Origin: Gekko japonicus
Lineage: Eukaryota
Direction of reading: 5' to 3'
Length of the DNA stretch: 64,000 nt
Assembly: GCF_001447785.1 (NCBI RefSeq)
Contig: NW_015171606.1
Location: forward strand, 1-64,000
Program-made: the position numbers and the translations under genes
Notes under the pieces: model-generated
Seen by the model: the letters and a program-made list of their open reading frames with translations, nothing else
Told to the model about the DNA's origin: nothing
Databases searched by the model: none
Part shown: positions 50,101-62,100 of the stretch, piece after piece
Numbering within the stretch: the first letter of the stretch is position 1
How the letters are laid out: the number at the start of each line of letters is the position of its first letter

Positions 50101-53100
50101 CCTGCTGGCACATTGTTGTCCAGTGCTTAGCACTCCTCCTAGACAAACTCATGGACCACGTTCAAAATCTTTGTGGCTTGGAAAGCAGAGTTACTGGCAT
50201 GACATTTAGCTGGAGCTGTGATTAAGCTGCCTTCTGTGCGTTTTCATTTTTAGGCATTTGACTATGAACAGAAGAAGCTGTTAGCAACCAAAGGTATGTG
50301 GGACAACTCTGACTTTGCAGCCTATATCTGTTTGTTAACAGTGCAGTGAAAAGGAGTTTCTGCCTCCCAGCATCAGCACTCTCCCCCCCCCCCCCCCCAT
50401 TTTGGGGGGGGGGCTGTGGAGAAACTGTATCTTGGGACAAGTTTTGCAATCCAAACTTGTATGTGTGTAAAAACCCTGGGACGGCTGCTATGTTTTACGT
50501 AACAAGAAAACACTGTAAACCTCGGCCTCTATGCCCTGTTGTTGGCCCTCCATAGGAACTGGTTGGCCACTGTGTGAGACAGGATGCTGGACTGGATGGA
50601 CCACTGGTCTGATCCAGCAGGGCTCTTCTTATGTTCTTATGAAACATCTTAGCTTTTTGGCCTGTGATGCTCTTTCTTGGGACTGGCATTTAGAATAAAC
50701 GATCCTCTGGTTTCTGTCCAATTCTACTGTTTTGTTTTTGCCACTTGTTTTTTTTCTGTTGTTACACTTCCACATAGGCTTCCCTCAAGGATAATTGTGT
50801 TAAAAACATATACCCTGTTTTTATGGCCGCTTAGGTAGCCAGTTCAGAGTCCTTTGCCAGGCACCTTGAGTGCATGGAGGTGGTGCCATAAGTTCTTACA
50901 TCCCACACCTCAGGGCCTAAGAGCTGAAGAGGGTGACAACATGTATATAGCCATGCATGTGGGACAACCTTCCCTAGCACATCGAGGAAAGCCCCCAGAA
51001 ATTAGATAAACTGGTATCTTATAGTGTAGGTCCAAGATTCTCATATCGTACATACAGTATTCCCAGCTGAACTGGCTCTTGGAAAAATGCAGGTCTGTTG
51101 GACCCTTTTTTGGGGGGGGGGGGTTTTGAATGAAGAAGGCGAACATTGAGAGAAAACTGTAGATTTATATGAGCTACTAATATGCTGCATGTAGAATACT
51201 GGCTAGGCATTAGGGGTGAGTGTGGCGTCCTCTTATTTGGGAGGACTGGTTTTCTCTTTATATGTGTTCTTTGCTTTTGTAAACTGGGTATTTTCTGCTG
51301 CCACCAGGAATTTAAGGACTTCCAAACATTCTCTCCTTTGCTGTTGGTAATGTGACCCAGAGTCTGGGCTTTTCCGGGATCTATGTGGTCCTGAGGAAAG
51401 ACAGAACTGAATTCTGGGATAATTTTGAACAAAAGATGATTTATTAAAATAAGAACAAAGTATGAAGTTGGTTATTCTGTAACTGTTTGGGAATAAGGGA
51501 CTTGTAAATATGTCTGGCAAATTTATCACACAAACAGTCCTTATTTTTGACACTCAGAGCTAACACTAACAGGAATCACTCTTTCCTATAGGTAGCCACA
51601 CAGGCTAAACTCTTGATAATTTTAACTTCCTTCCAGATCTTTAGAGTCTCACTTTTTAAGACATAGTACTGCAGTCTTTTAGATCCCACACAGAACTATC
51701 AGAACTCTCACTGGCTGAACTCTCTAACTGAACAATTCCCACAACCTTTTCTAACTGACTTTCATAACTGACTAACTGGCACCCACACAGATCCACACAG
51801 AACAACTCCTCCCACCTTCTGTCATCGTCCAATCACACCCCACTTGTCTCTCTCAATCACTCCACTCTGCATTCACCGCATTGCAGCCAAACATTTAAAG
51901 AGACACACACTCTCTAAAACAAGGAATCATTACAGTGAGATTCATTTTATCCAAGCTAAGGCTAAGTTTACAGGACATAGGCTTCCAAATAATTTTTTTT
52001 TTTTGCCTTTTCTCAAGCAATGTTAAAGAAGCCAGTTGTCACAGAAGTGAGGACGCCAACCAACACCTGGAGTGGACTTGGCTTCTCCAAATCCATGCCA
52101 GCTGAAACAATCAAGGAACTAAGGCGAGCTAACCATGTATCATACAAGCCGTCTATGACGATAACATACGAGGTATGTTGAGCAATTGGTAGTGGTCTCT
52201 TTAGAATGTAAATTGTGCATGCAGAGTGTTGGATCTTGAACACGTACAGACTTGGGAGGGGAAGAGGTTGCAAAGTTCAAGGGCTTTGGGTCCTACCAGA
52301 CCAGAAGGGGATCCCTCTTAAACAAAATGTATTGAACATAGGGAATTGTAGCGAGAAGCGGGAACTGGGTCGCCCGATCTCATCAGATCTCAGAAGCTAA
52401 GCAGGGTCGGCCCTGGCTGGTATTTGGATGGGCGACCTCCAAGGAATAGCAAAGGCATGACCCAGAGGCAGGCAACGGCAAACCACCTCTGACATGTCTC
52501 TTGCCTTAAAAACAAGTCTAGCTCACCACCTAGTGGTGCATAACGTTAAAAGAGCTAGAACTTCTGGCTGCCAGACAATCTTAGGATCCCCTGGCTATAC
52601 TACACACACTGCTGTACTATAATTATTATTTGGGTAAATTCACCTCTTCTTTCCTCTTCCCGTGGCTGTTTCCTTACTCCTCACTTAGCCTCTTGTATCG
52701 CCTGGTTTTCAGCAAATTATTTTTCAGGGGAAGATCCATTTCACATACTTCTTCTGCTTGCCCTTCCATAGGATAAAACACAAGGTCTTTAGGGACATTA
52801 AGATACAGGGAAGCTTAGTCAATGAACTCTGCAAGTTTACCTTACCCATCATTTACTGATGATACTTATGATGATACTTATGATGATACTTATTAAAAAC
52901 TTGTTTGATGGACATTTTGCAGAATCCAGGCATTGTGCAAGAAATAGAAACAGCGTGCAGGAAATACAAAGGCCTAGTGTGGCTATGGTGGATCACTCCC
53001 AAAGTGCTTCTAGACAATTCCTGTGGCCTGTCAGATCTTCCAGTGAAGGTGGTGGTGACCAATTTGGGGAGGGGCTGTGGCTCAGTGGGTAGAGTATTTG

Positions 53101-56100
53101 CTTGGCATGCAGAAGGTCCCAGGTTCAATCCATGGCATCTCCAGTTGAAAGGACCAGGTAGTAGGTGATGGGAAAGACCTCTGCCTGAGACCCCAGAGAG
53201 CCACTGCCATTTCATGTAGAGAGTACTAATTTTGATGGACCATGGGCCTGATTCAGTATAAGGGAGCTTCATGTCTGTTCATTTGTATGCCACGGATAGT
53301 GGGGCACGGTCATGATTCCACAAGAACAAGAAGAAGAGATTGGATTTATACCCCGCCCTTCACTACCCAAAGGAGTCTCAGAGCGGCATACAAACTCCTT
53401 TCCCTTCCCCTCCCCACAACAGACACCCTGTGAGGTAGGTGGGGCTGAGAGATCTCTTGACAGAAACTGCTCTTTTTCAAGAACAGCTGTGCCAGAACTA
53501 TGGCTTGCCCAAAGTCATCCAGCAGGTGCAAGTGGAGGAGTGGGGAATCAAACCCGGCTCTCCCAGATTAGAGTCCGCGCGCTTAACCACTACACCAAAC
53601 TGGCCATGGTTTGGTGCCATAGGAATGATTTTGGGGGTAACTAGCAAGGGGTACCCACAGTATAAATCTTACTCCCTTCTTCATAAATGTGTATGGGGAA
53701 GTATTTGGGGGGTCGTGTCATAATATAATGTATAGCGTGTCACTAAGAGTCCCATTTACTACATTCTTATCCTGCTTTCAGTGGTAGTCTTCAAAACAGC
53801 TTGCCTCACTTGAAGAAATCATTAACAATCTCCCCCCCACCCCACATTTCATATCCTTGATTTAGTCATCCCTCTCACTGAGTGAATATTTTGAACCTCC
53901 CTCCTAGGATGAGAAGTCCTTGATATTCTGAGAACCAAGCAAAGCTTTTCTGCCTCTGATGTTAAGATGGCAGTTGCTTGGGTTGGGGTTGGGGTGTCTC
54001 CATCCCTCCCCCCCAGGCTGAAAGGTCTTTACTGTCCTGAGAGTTAAGCTAACAATCTTCTCTCTCCACCCTTCCACAATTTGCACTGTGAAGGAATGTC
54101 ATTCCACGTTTCTTGTCCTGTCTCACTTTCACACAGGATGCCGCAATCATGTTTGGATTTCCCAATTTCCTCCTCCTCCTCCTGCTGTGATTTGCTGTGG
54201 CTCATCGGCAGTGAGATTGTGGTGTTTTTGGCGTGTGGTGCTGAGGGGAACTAGGAATATTCTTTCAGGGCTCTGCTTGGCTTTTTTGGTCTCAGAATAA
54301 TGTACATTGTGCTCTGCTGGTAGGCCTTTCTCCCTTTAGCTCTGAAGGAACAATCCCTGCCACATACCAGGTATCCCATATATATACTTGGCCCAAGACA
54401 AGTCTGGTTTTGCTGCCTTTTTACTGGAAAAACAAAGTGGCTAGGTGAGGCCACAGGACTGAGGCAAAGTAAAAGACCAGTGGTGAGACCACACCTTACT
54501 CTTTGCTGAGTTCGAACCACGGCAGAAGCCATGTGCTCTCATTAATTCCTTCCCTCACACCAAGTCAAAATTATTGCATTAAATGGGATGCAAATCATCT
54601 GCATATCGCTGAATGGGTTTCAAGTGATGAAAACAAAGTGGGTTTTTCCTTAGGAACAAGTTTCGATATGGAGTACCATGTGTTTTCCATTATCTTCCTG
54701 AGCCATTTTACTTTTGCTTCCTTGGGGGAGTTGCAGTTTATTAGGAGACTAAAAATGTTTTTCTGTGTCTGAGTCATTTGGCTGCGGCCCAGCAACAAAC
54801 CACAGCCCTGGGCTTCTTTGCTCTGTAAACAGTTTCTTCAGAGACTCCAGCGCTTATTGTTTGTGCTGTGCTTTAGAACATGTGGGGAAAATAATTCTTT
54901 ACCCAAAACACCAGAGGTCCCTTTGTTTTCCTACATGTTTTGGGTGGGTTTTCAGCGCTCCCATTGGCCTTAGAAAGCACTCCTGTCATGGCGCTTGACA
55001 TCATTTTCCAGAATGATAAGCCAGGGGCTTGTGGGTTGGGTCACCAACCTGCCGATTGGGGGTGGAGGATGGCAAAAGAAACTGTTATTGGAGAACTGAT
55101 TTCACTTCCAAGTCAGTGTTAAGACCGGCCAGACAAAAAGTGCTGTGATGTTGGTAGGGCCCCTCTCTCTTTTTTAAAGTATTGACAAAAGCAAAACACT
55201 GTCGTACAAGTTTAGTTTTGTAGCAGCCAGACAAGTGCCTTTTATTCAGAACTGTTGTTTGTTTGTTTTTTTTCCCTGTGAGGCAGTCTCTTACTTATGG
55301 AAATTAATTTTTACACAGTGCTCACTGGAGACATTCTTTGGCGCTGTCTGTTCGCTCCACATTTTGTTTTCCAGTGTTATGAGTACAAACCTCATTGCCT
55401 GCGAAATGCCATTTATAGAAGCCTTCAACCATATGCTCCAAACCATTGTTAAGCAGCAGAAGAAAAAGAAGAACTCAAATCCAGCTGATGTTTTGTGCCT
55501 TGTGTCTCTGCTCTATATGTTTTATGCAGGGCTTTATTTTTGCCTTCCTCAGGGAAACCGGCACTGGGATGCAGAGTTCTAGTCTTCAGTGGGCTGCCTT
55601 TTAAAATTAAGCATTAATTAGCACAAATTATCCTTCAGAGGACCTGTTCGTAAAGCAGGTCTGTTGAGTATATCTATTAAGGACGTGTGTGTATTGGGAC
55701 GATTCAATTACAGCGAGGGCTTCATTCTGAACTCTTGTATGTGTCTGTGTGTGTGGTTTTCCCCACTTTCAATTGTTTCTGAGTACATCTTCATTGTCTG
55801 ATACTGTTCTGCCGCCTCTTGTTCCCTGGGCGGCTGCGGCTGCTCCTTGGCGCTATTTGCCTTCCTCTTTCTCTGCCCTTACTACCACTTTACTGAGCCA
55901 GCTGGGCCAACCAGTGCAGTTTTGTTGATGGCCATCCATGATGTCCTCAGCAAAACCATGAGGGTCACAGGCTAAGTGGCAGCGAGGTACAGGACGCTGG
56001 GGCTGTTGAAGACAAGGAACGCCTCTGAGAGGTGCCAGTCGAGGGGACGAGAGGGCCAAACAGTGGCTAAACGATATAATGATGACTCTTCCAGTAACTG

Positions 56101-59100
56101 GTGCAGATGCACTGGATATGCTGAGCCGAACCAAATATCAAAGCCTAGTGCGTATTCGTTGCGGGGCTGGTTTACTGTGCTCTGCAGAAATAAATGAAAG
56201 TTCAGTAGGTTCAGGATGGACAAAAGGAAATATTACTTTACACAGAGAGTGATTAAAATGTTGAACTTGCTTCCAGAGGATATAGTGATGGCCACACGAA
56301 TAAACAGCTTTAAAAGGGAATTAGATAGATCCATGGAGGACTGTTCCCTGGAAGGCCAGAAAATGAAACTGAAGCTCAAATACTTTGGCCACCAAATGAG
56401 AAGGGAGCACTCACTGGAGAAGACCCTGATGCTGGGAAAGACTGAAGGTCAAAGAAGACGGGGACGGCAAAGGATGAGATGGTTAGACAGTGTCATAGAT
56501 GCAACGAACATGAAATTGAGCAAACTTCAGAGGACGGCGGAAGACAGGAAGGCCTGGCGTGATCTGGTCCATGGGGTCGCGAAGAGTTGGACTCGACTGT
56601 GCGACTGATCAACAACAAAAATGGAGGATAGGTCTATCAGTGGTTACTAGCCATGGTGACTGAGGGGAACCTCCACATTCAGAGGCACTAACCCTCTGAA
56701 TCCCAAAGCCAGGAGGTAACATCAGGACCCGACCTTGGTCTCTATGCCCTGTCCAGACGGGATGCTGGACTAGATAGACTGTTGGTCTGATCCAGCAGGG
56801 CTCTTCAGATGTTCTTAAATGTAGTAGTAACTGACCACTGTATGTGTAAAAGTGTATCAGATTCCAATGTCTATTGACATCAAGTTTTAATTTTGCCTTC
56901 AGCTGCCTGTGGAGGTAGTGTCAGGGAGAAGGAGAAGTGGGGTTGTCACAGAGGAGGTTCTCCATTTTGCTCTTTCTGTGCATGTTTGCCTTTGTGGGGC
57001 CTCTGCTGGCCCCCATGGAAGCGTGCTTTGAAACACATGCATGAAGCTGCCTTATACTGAATCAGAACCTTACATAAGAACATAAGAGACGCCAATGTTG
57101 GATCAGGCCAAAGGCCCATCCAGTCCAACACTCTGTCACACAGTGGCCAAAAATACCAGGTGCCATCAGGAGGTCCAGCAGTGGGGCCAGGACATTAGAA
57201 GCCCTCCATATGCTTATCTAATTCCCTTTTGAAGCTGTCCATGCTTGTAGCCGCCACCACTTCCTGTGGCAGTGAATTCCATGTGTTAATCACTCTTTGG
57301 GTGAAGAAGTACTTCCTTTTATCCGTTCTAACCCGACCGCTCTGCAGTTTCATGGAGTGCCCACGAGTTCTTGTATTGTGAGAAAGGGAGAAAAGTACCT
57401 CTTTCTTTACCTGCTCTTTCCCATGCATAATCTTATAAACCTCGATCATGTCACCCCTCAGTCGTCTTTTCTCCAAGCTAAAGAGCCCTAAGTGCTTTAA
57501 CCTTTCCTCATAGGGAAAGTGTTCCAACCCTTTTATCATTTGAGTTGCCCTTTTCTGCACTTTTTCCAAAGCTATAATATCCTTTTTAAGGTGTGGTGAC
57601 CAGAATTGCACACAGTATTCCAAATGAGGTCTCACCATTGATTTATATAGGGGCATTATTATATTGGCTGATCTGTTTTCAATACCCTTCCTAATAATCC
57701 CCAGCATAGCATTGGCCTTCTTTATTGCAGTCACACACTGTCTCGACATTTTCAGTGAGTTATCCACTACAACTCCAAGATCTCTCTCTTGATCAGTCTC
57801 TGCCAGTTCAGACCCCATCAATGTGTATTTATATTTAGGTCCATTAAGGTCAGTGTTGTCTACTCAGACTGGCAGCGGCTCTCCATGGTCTCAGGCAGAG
57901 GTCTTCCACACCACCTCCTACCTGATCCTTTTACCTGGAGATGCCAGGGATTGAACTGGGTACCTTTTGCATACCATGCAGATGCTCTGCCACTGAACCA
58001 CAGCCCCTTCTGCAATGAGGGTCACCACCGGTTGGTTCGCATAACTTCATCAAACAATGGTTATAAGCAGGGCTCTTTTTGTAGAAAAAGCCCAGCAGGA
58101 ACTAATTAGCATAATAGGCCACACCCAACAGCAGGAAATCATTAGCATATTGGGCCACACCCCTGACAGCACAGCTCATTAGCACATTAGGCAGCACCCC
58201 CATGTTACCAGAAGTGTGGTTATCCAGCCACACCCACCTTTTGCTTGTTATTCTGTTTACCTTGTTTGTTGTCAAAACCCAGGGCTTTTTTGTAGCAGGG
58301 ACTCCTTTGCATGTTAGGCCACACACCCCTAATGTAGCCAATCCTAATGAGTTCCTGCTGTTGGATGTGGCCTATTATGCTAATGAGTTCCTGCTGGGCG
58401 TGGCCAACTCGGGAGCCAGCCGGAACTCCGTTCCTGTGCGTTCCTGCCCAAAAATAGCCCTGGTTATAAGCGACTTTTCCGCTCCGTTTTCATGTCAACC
58501 CCCCCCCCCCATTTTATTTTTTTCTTCTGGATTTTCTTACAGGGTTCATCAATGTCTCTCTCGCGGTCCAACAGCCGGGAGCACCTGGGCGGCAGTAGTG
58601 ACTCTGATAACTGGAGAGATCATAACGGCATCGGTCCGGCAGCTCCCAGCAATTTTGTCTCGTCCATTGGCAGCCCTAAACGGAAACAAAACAAATCCAG
58701 TAATGACGTTAAAACTTATTTTTAAAAAATAAAAATAAAAATTGGGGCATGACTGAACTAATGCAATACTGTTGGATGAGATCAAATTTTGTTCCAAGCC
58801 TAGAAAATACAAAATATATTTCATGAATGATGCTGGGTTGGGAATACTAGGGCAGAGCTAAATGTTAGAAATGCAACCGTGCTGCTGGAAATGTCAGCAG
58901 CGTTTCGATTTCCCTCTCTGTCACAACGTGTAGCTTAGTTTATGAAGGACAGGTCTGTCGATAGCCATCAGCCACAATGTCTGAATTGGATCTCCATGTT
59001 TGGAAACAACATACCACTGGGGATAATAGCAGTGGGGAGGTTTTAAGTCCCTCCTTGTGGTACCTGGTTGGCAACTCCAGAAAACAGGATGCTGGACCAG

Positions 59101-62100
59101 ATGAACAATTGTTCTCATCCAGCAGAGTTCTTATGGTCTTAATGCCTGGTTGAGTGTTTCCATACCACATCTTGGGTTGCTGTGGTTTGGGTGGAGAAGT
59201 ATTTGGTATGAAGTTGGAGTCTACATTATAGAGGCAGGGTGGGTTTTTCTAGGATGTAGTTCTTCCAGTTCTGATACTTCAGTAGTGCTTTCAGCGTGTT
59301 GTAAATGTTGACAGTGCAGACATAACACAACATTACAGTTTGTTTGTTTGTTTTTTAAAAAATATGGCTAGCTTTATGAAACTAAGATTTGGCTCTCAAA
59401 CTGTAGTTCAAGAAACGATCACGTAGCAGATGCTGCTTTTGTGGTCATCCCTCCTGGCTAGGCATCTCAGTAGCCCAGAGGAGTGCAGTGGTTGGGTTAT
59501 GGGAACCCTGGCAGGGAATAAGTCAGGAAGAATACCTCATTCATAAGGGTAGCCAAGGCATACTTCAAACCGTGGTTTCAAATACTGGATTGACAGACTG
59601 TAAACTAAACAGAGTAAGTAGAGCAATCCCACTAAGTGGGTGATCCCAATAACCACAGTTATTATGATTAAACTGTGGTTTTTGCATTATACCATCAGTG
59701 AGAGCAAACCGCTTTGCGCAGAGAGTAAACAAAAGCTGCTCATCAGAGTGGCTTATGCACCGCTAAAGTAGTTTCAGTGGGTTGAAGTGCAAATTGCTTG
59801 GCGACTCAAACGTCCTTCCTTTCTCCCGACTGTCCAGCTGAACATTATCTCAGCAGCAGCAACTACATGGACTGCATCTCTTCGCTGACCGGAAGCAACG
59901 GCTGTAACTTGAACAGTCTATTTAAAGGGTCGGACCTGCCCGAGCTGTTCAGCAAACTGGGCTTGGGCAAATACACAGACATATTCCAGCAACAAGAGGT
60001 CAGTGTTTGGAGGGAAAACCCCAAGCCTGGAAAGTAAGTCTGGGCTTCTGAATGTTTCCATGCTTATGGCAATCAGTGGCTCGTAAAGTAAGCATGTGTG
60101 AACTCGCCCATCTCTTGGGTTGGATCCTATAAAGCAGGGGTCCCCAACCTTCTGTCACATGGGGGGACTCCACATTAGACCACCCAATGCCTAAGGAGGG
60201 CCACATCTTAAATCAAAATGTAACAAAATTATTAACCTACCTATTTAGATCAAAAGGAAACATTCAGAGGTCAATGAAGAAATGTTAACTTTTGAATACA
60301 ATCCATTTTAGAACAATATTTTACTCTGGGATCCTTTTATCTAGCTACACATGCTTACCTAGTCAGTGTGATTTTTTGTGCCTGTTCCCTGTTAGCCAAG
60401 GCATTAATGAAAGTTGATAAATATATCAGGTAGACCAGAATAGAAATCTAACAGTCTGTTTTCTTTATAAATGTCTCTGAGATGATCACTGGCTTGCAAA
60501 TCAATTAGTTCCATTTGAAAAAAAGTTACTTGCATCTTCTGGTGCTACTTCAAATGGATTCTGAAACATTCTTATTTCCTTTCCGTGCTTATGGAAATCA
60601 GTGAATCTGTTCTGAAATCCCACCTGCAATAGGTCCCATGCTTTGATGTGTCTTTCAGCACTGCATTTTAAATTGTGGTCCTTCTCAAATGTTAGTCCAT
60701 TGCAGCATGAGAAGTTTGAAAAGTTATCCTCACTAATTTGCTTAACAAAAACATTTAGTTTTTTCTTCAGAGGCTTTCAATTCAAAATACATGTCACACA
60801 CAAGCTTTCCTTCCCCCTGCAACCTTAGATTCAGTATGTTCAGATGCTCTGTGATATCAGTTAAGAAAGCCAAATCAAAAATCTATTCACGGTCAGAAAG
60901 TGCTTCATGATGAAGACTGGAAAAACGTTTCAGGACTTTGCCTCTGCTAAGCCGCCTGACTTCTGCATGGTGCATAGATGCATCGCAATATTCTGCATCT
61001 ATCTCTGAGAGAAAATTTTGAAACTGATGGTGACTAAGGCCATGATTCCTGATGTAATTAATGCTGGATACAACAATATGCATCACACTTTCCCACTGAT
61101 GAATCTTACTGCACTAAGCTTGCTGATGGATGATGCAGTGAAATTGCGTGGGAAGTGTACCGTCTCATTTCAGTATCTCTTCCTTGATTCTTGCAACGAC
61201 ACCAGTTTTACTTCCCATTATATTTCTTGCAACATCACTTGTGATGCTTTTCAATGTATCCCAACTCAGACCAAAATTTTCTACTGATTTACACACCTTC
61301 AAGAATATGTTTTCTACAGCCTTTCAAACTCTGCAGTGCACCCAATGCTTCTGTAATTCTGAAGTTGGAATCTATCCCCCTGATAAAAAATAGTAGTTGA
61401 ACAGTGTCTATAATGTCATTGCTGTCACCTGATGCGAAAGAAAAAAAGTTTAAACTTTTTGCCTTGACAATCAGTGACACATGCAGGTCTTCTCCTAGTT
61501 CTTCAACACGCCTGGTGATTGTAGATGTAGATAAACTGACAGAACTAACACAAGATCAGGGCACATTTCCTCCATTATTTTTACTATGCAGTTTTTAACA
61601 AATTCGCCATCAAATTTGTCTACCACTCTCAGCAATACATTTAGCAACATGATTGCTGGCCCTCACAGTAGACAGGTTCTCCTAACCATGACAACTATTT
61701 TGCTACAAAAATTAATTTTTAAAGAGACTTTATATTGTTCACTCACACCTCTCCTTGATGAGTAGCTCTTGTGACAGGATTCAAAGTGCCTTTTAACATT
61801 GTACTCCTTTAATACAGAGACAGATTCAAGACATAGCAGGCAAACTGCTTTATCCTTGTTTAAAACAAAGAAGTACTCAGTCTGTCATTAAAAACAACAG
61901 TGCTCATCTGCAATTTCTCATTTCTTTGAAACAGCACTTTCTTTTGCAGACATCTTCTTACAGAATTTTTAGTAGAGTGGCAGAGTTTCAATATAATTGA
62001 ATAAATAAAAATATTAGAAGTATAGTTTTAGGGGCCTAACCCTTCCCCTTTCCATCAAATCCACCCCACTCTACCTGCTGTTAGCTGGGGATTTTCATTC

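Noticed and set aside
52370-52460. Possible 5S rRNA gene (also 6040-6160 and 25780-25870)
   Set aside because: Lacks true 5S ends, carries many substitutions and continues into a SINE body; it is a 5S-derived SINE.
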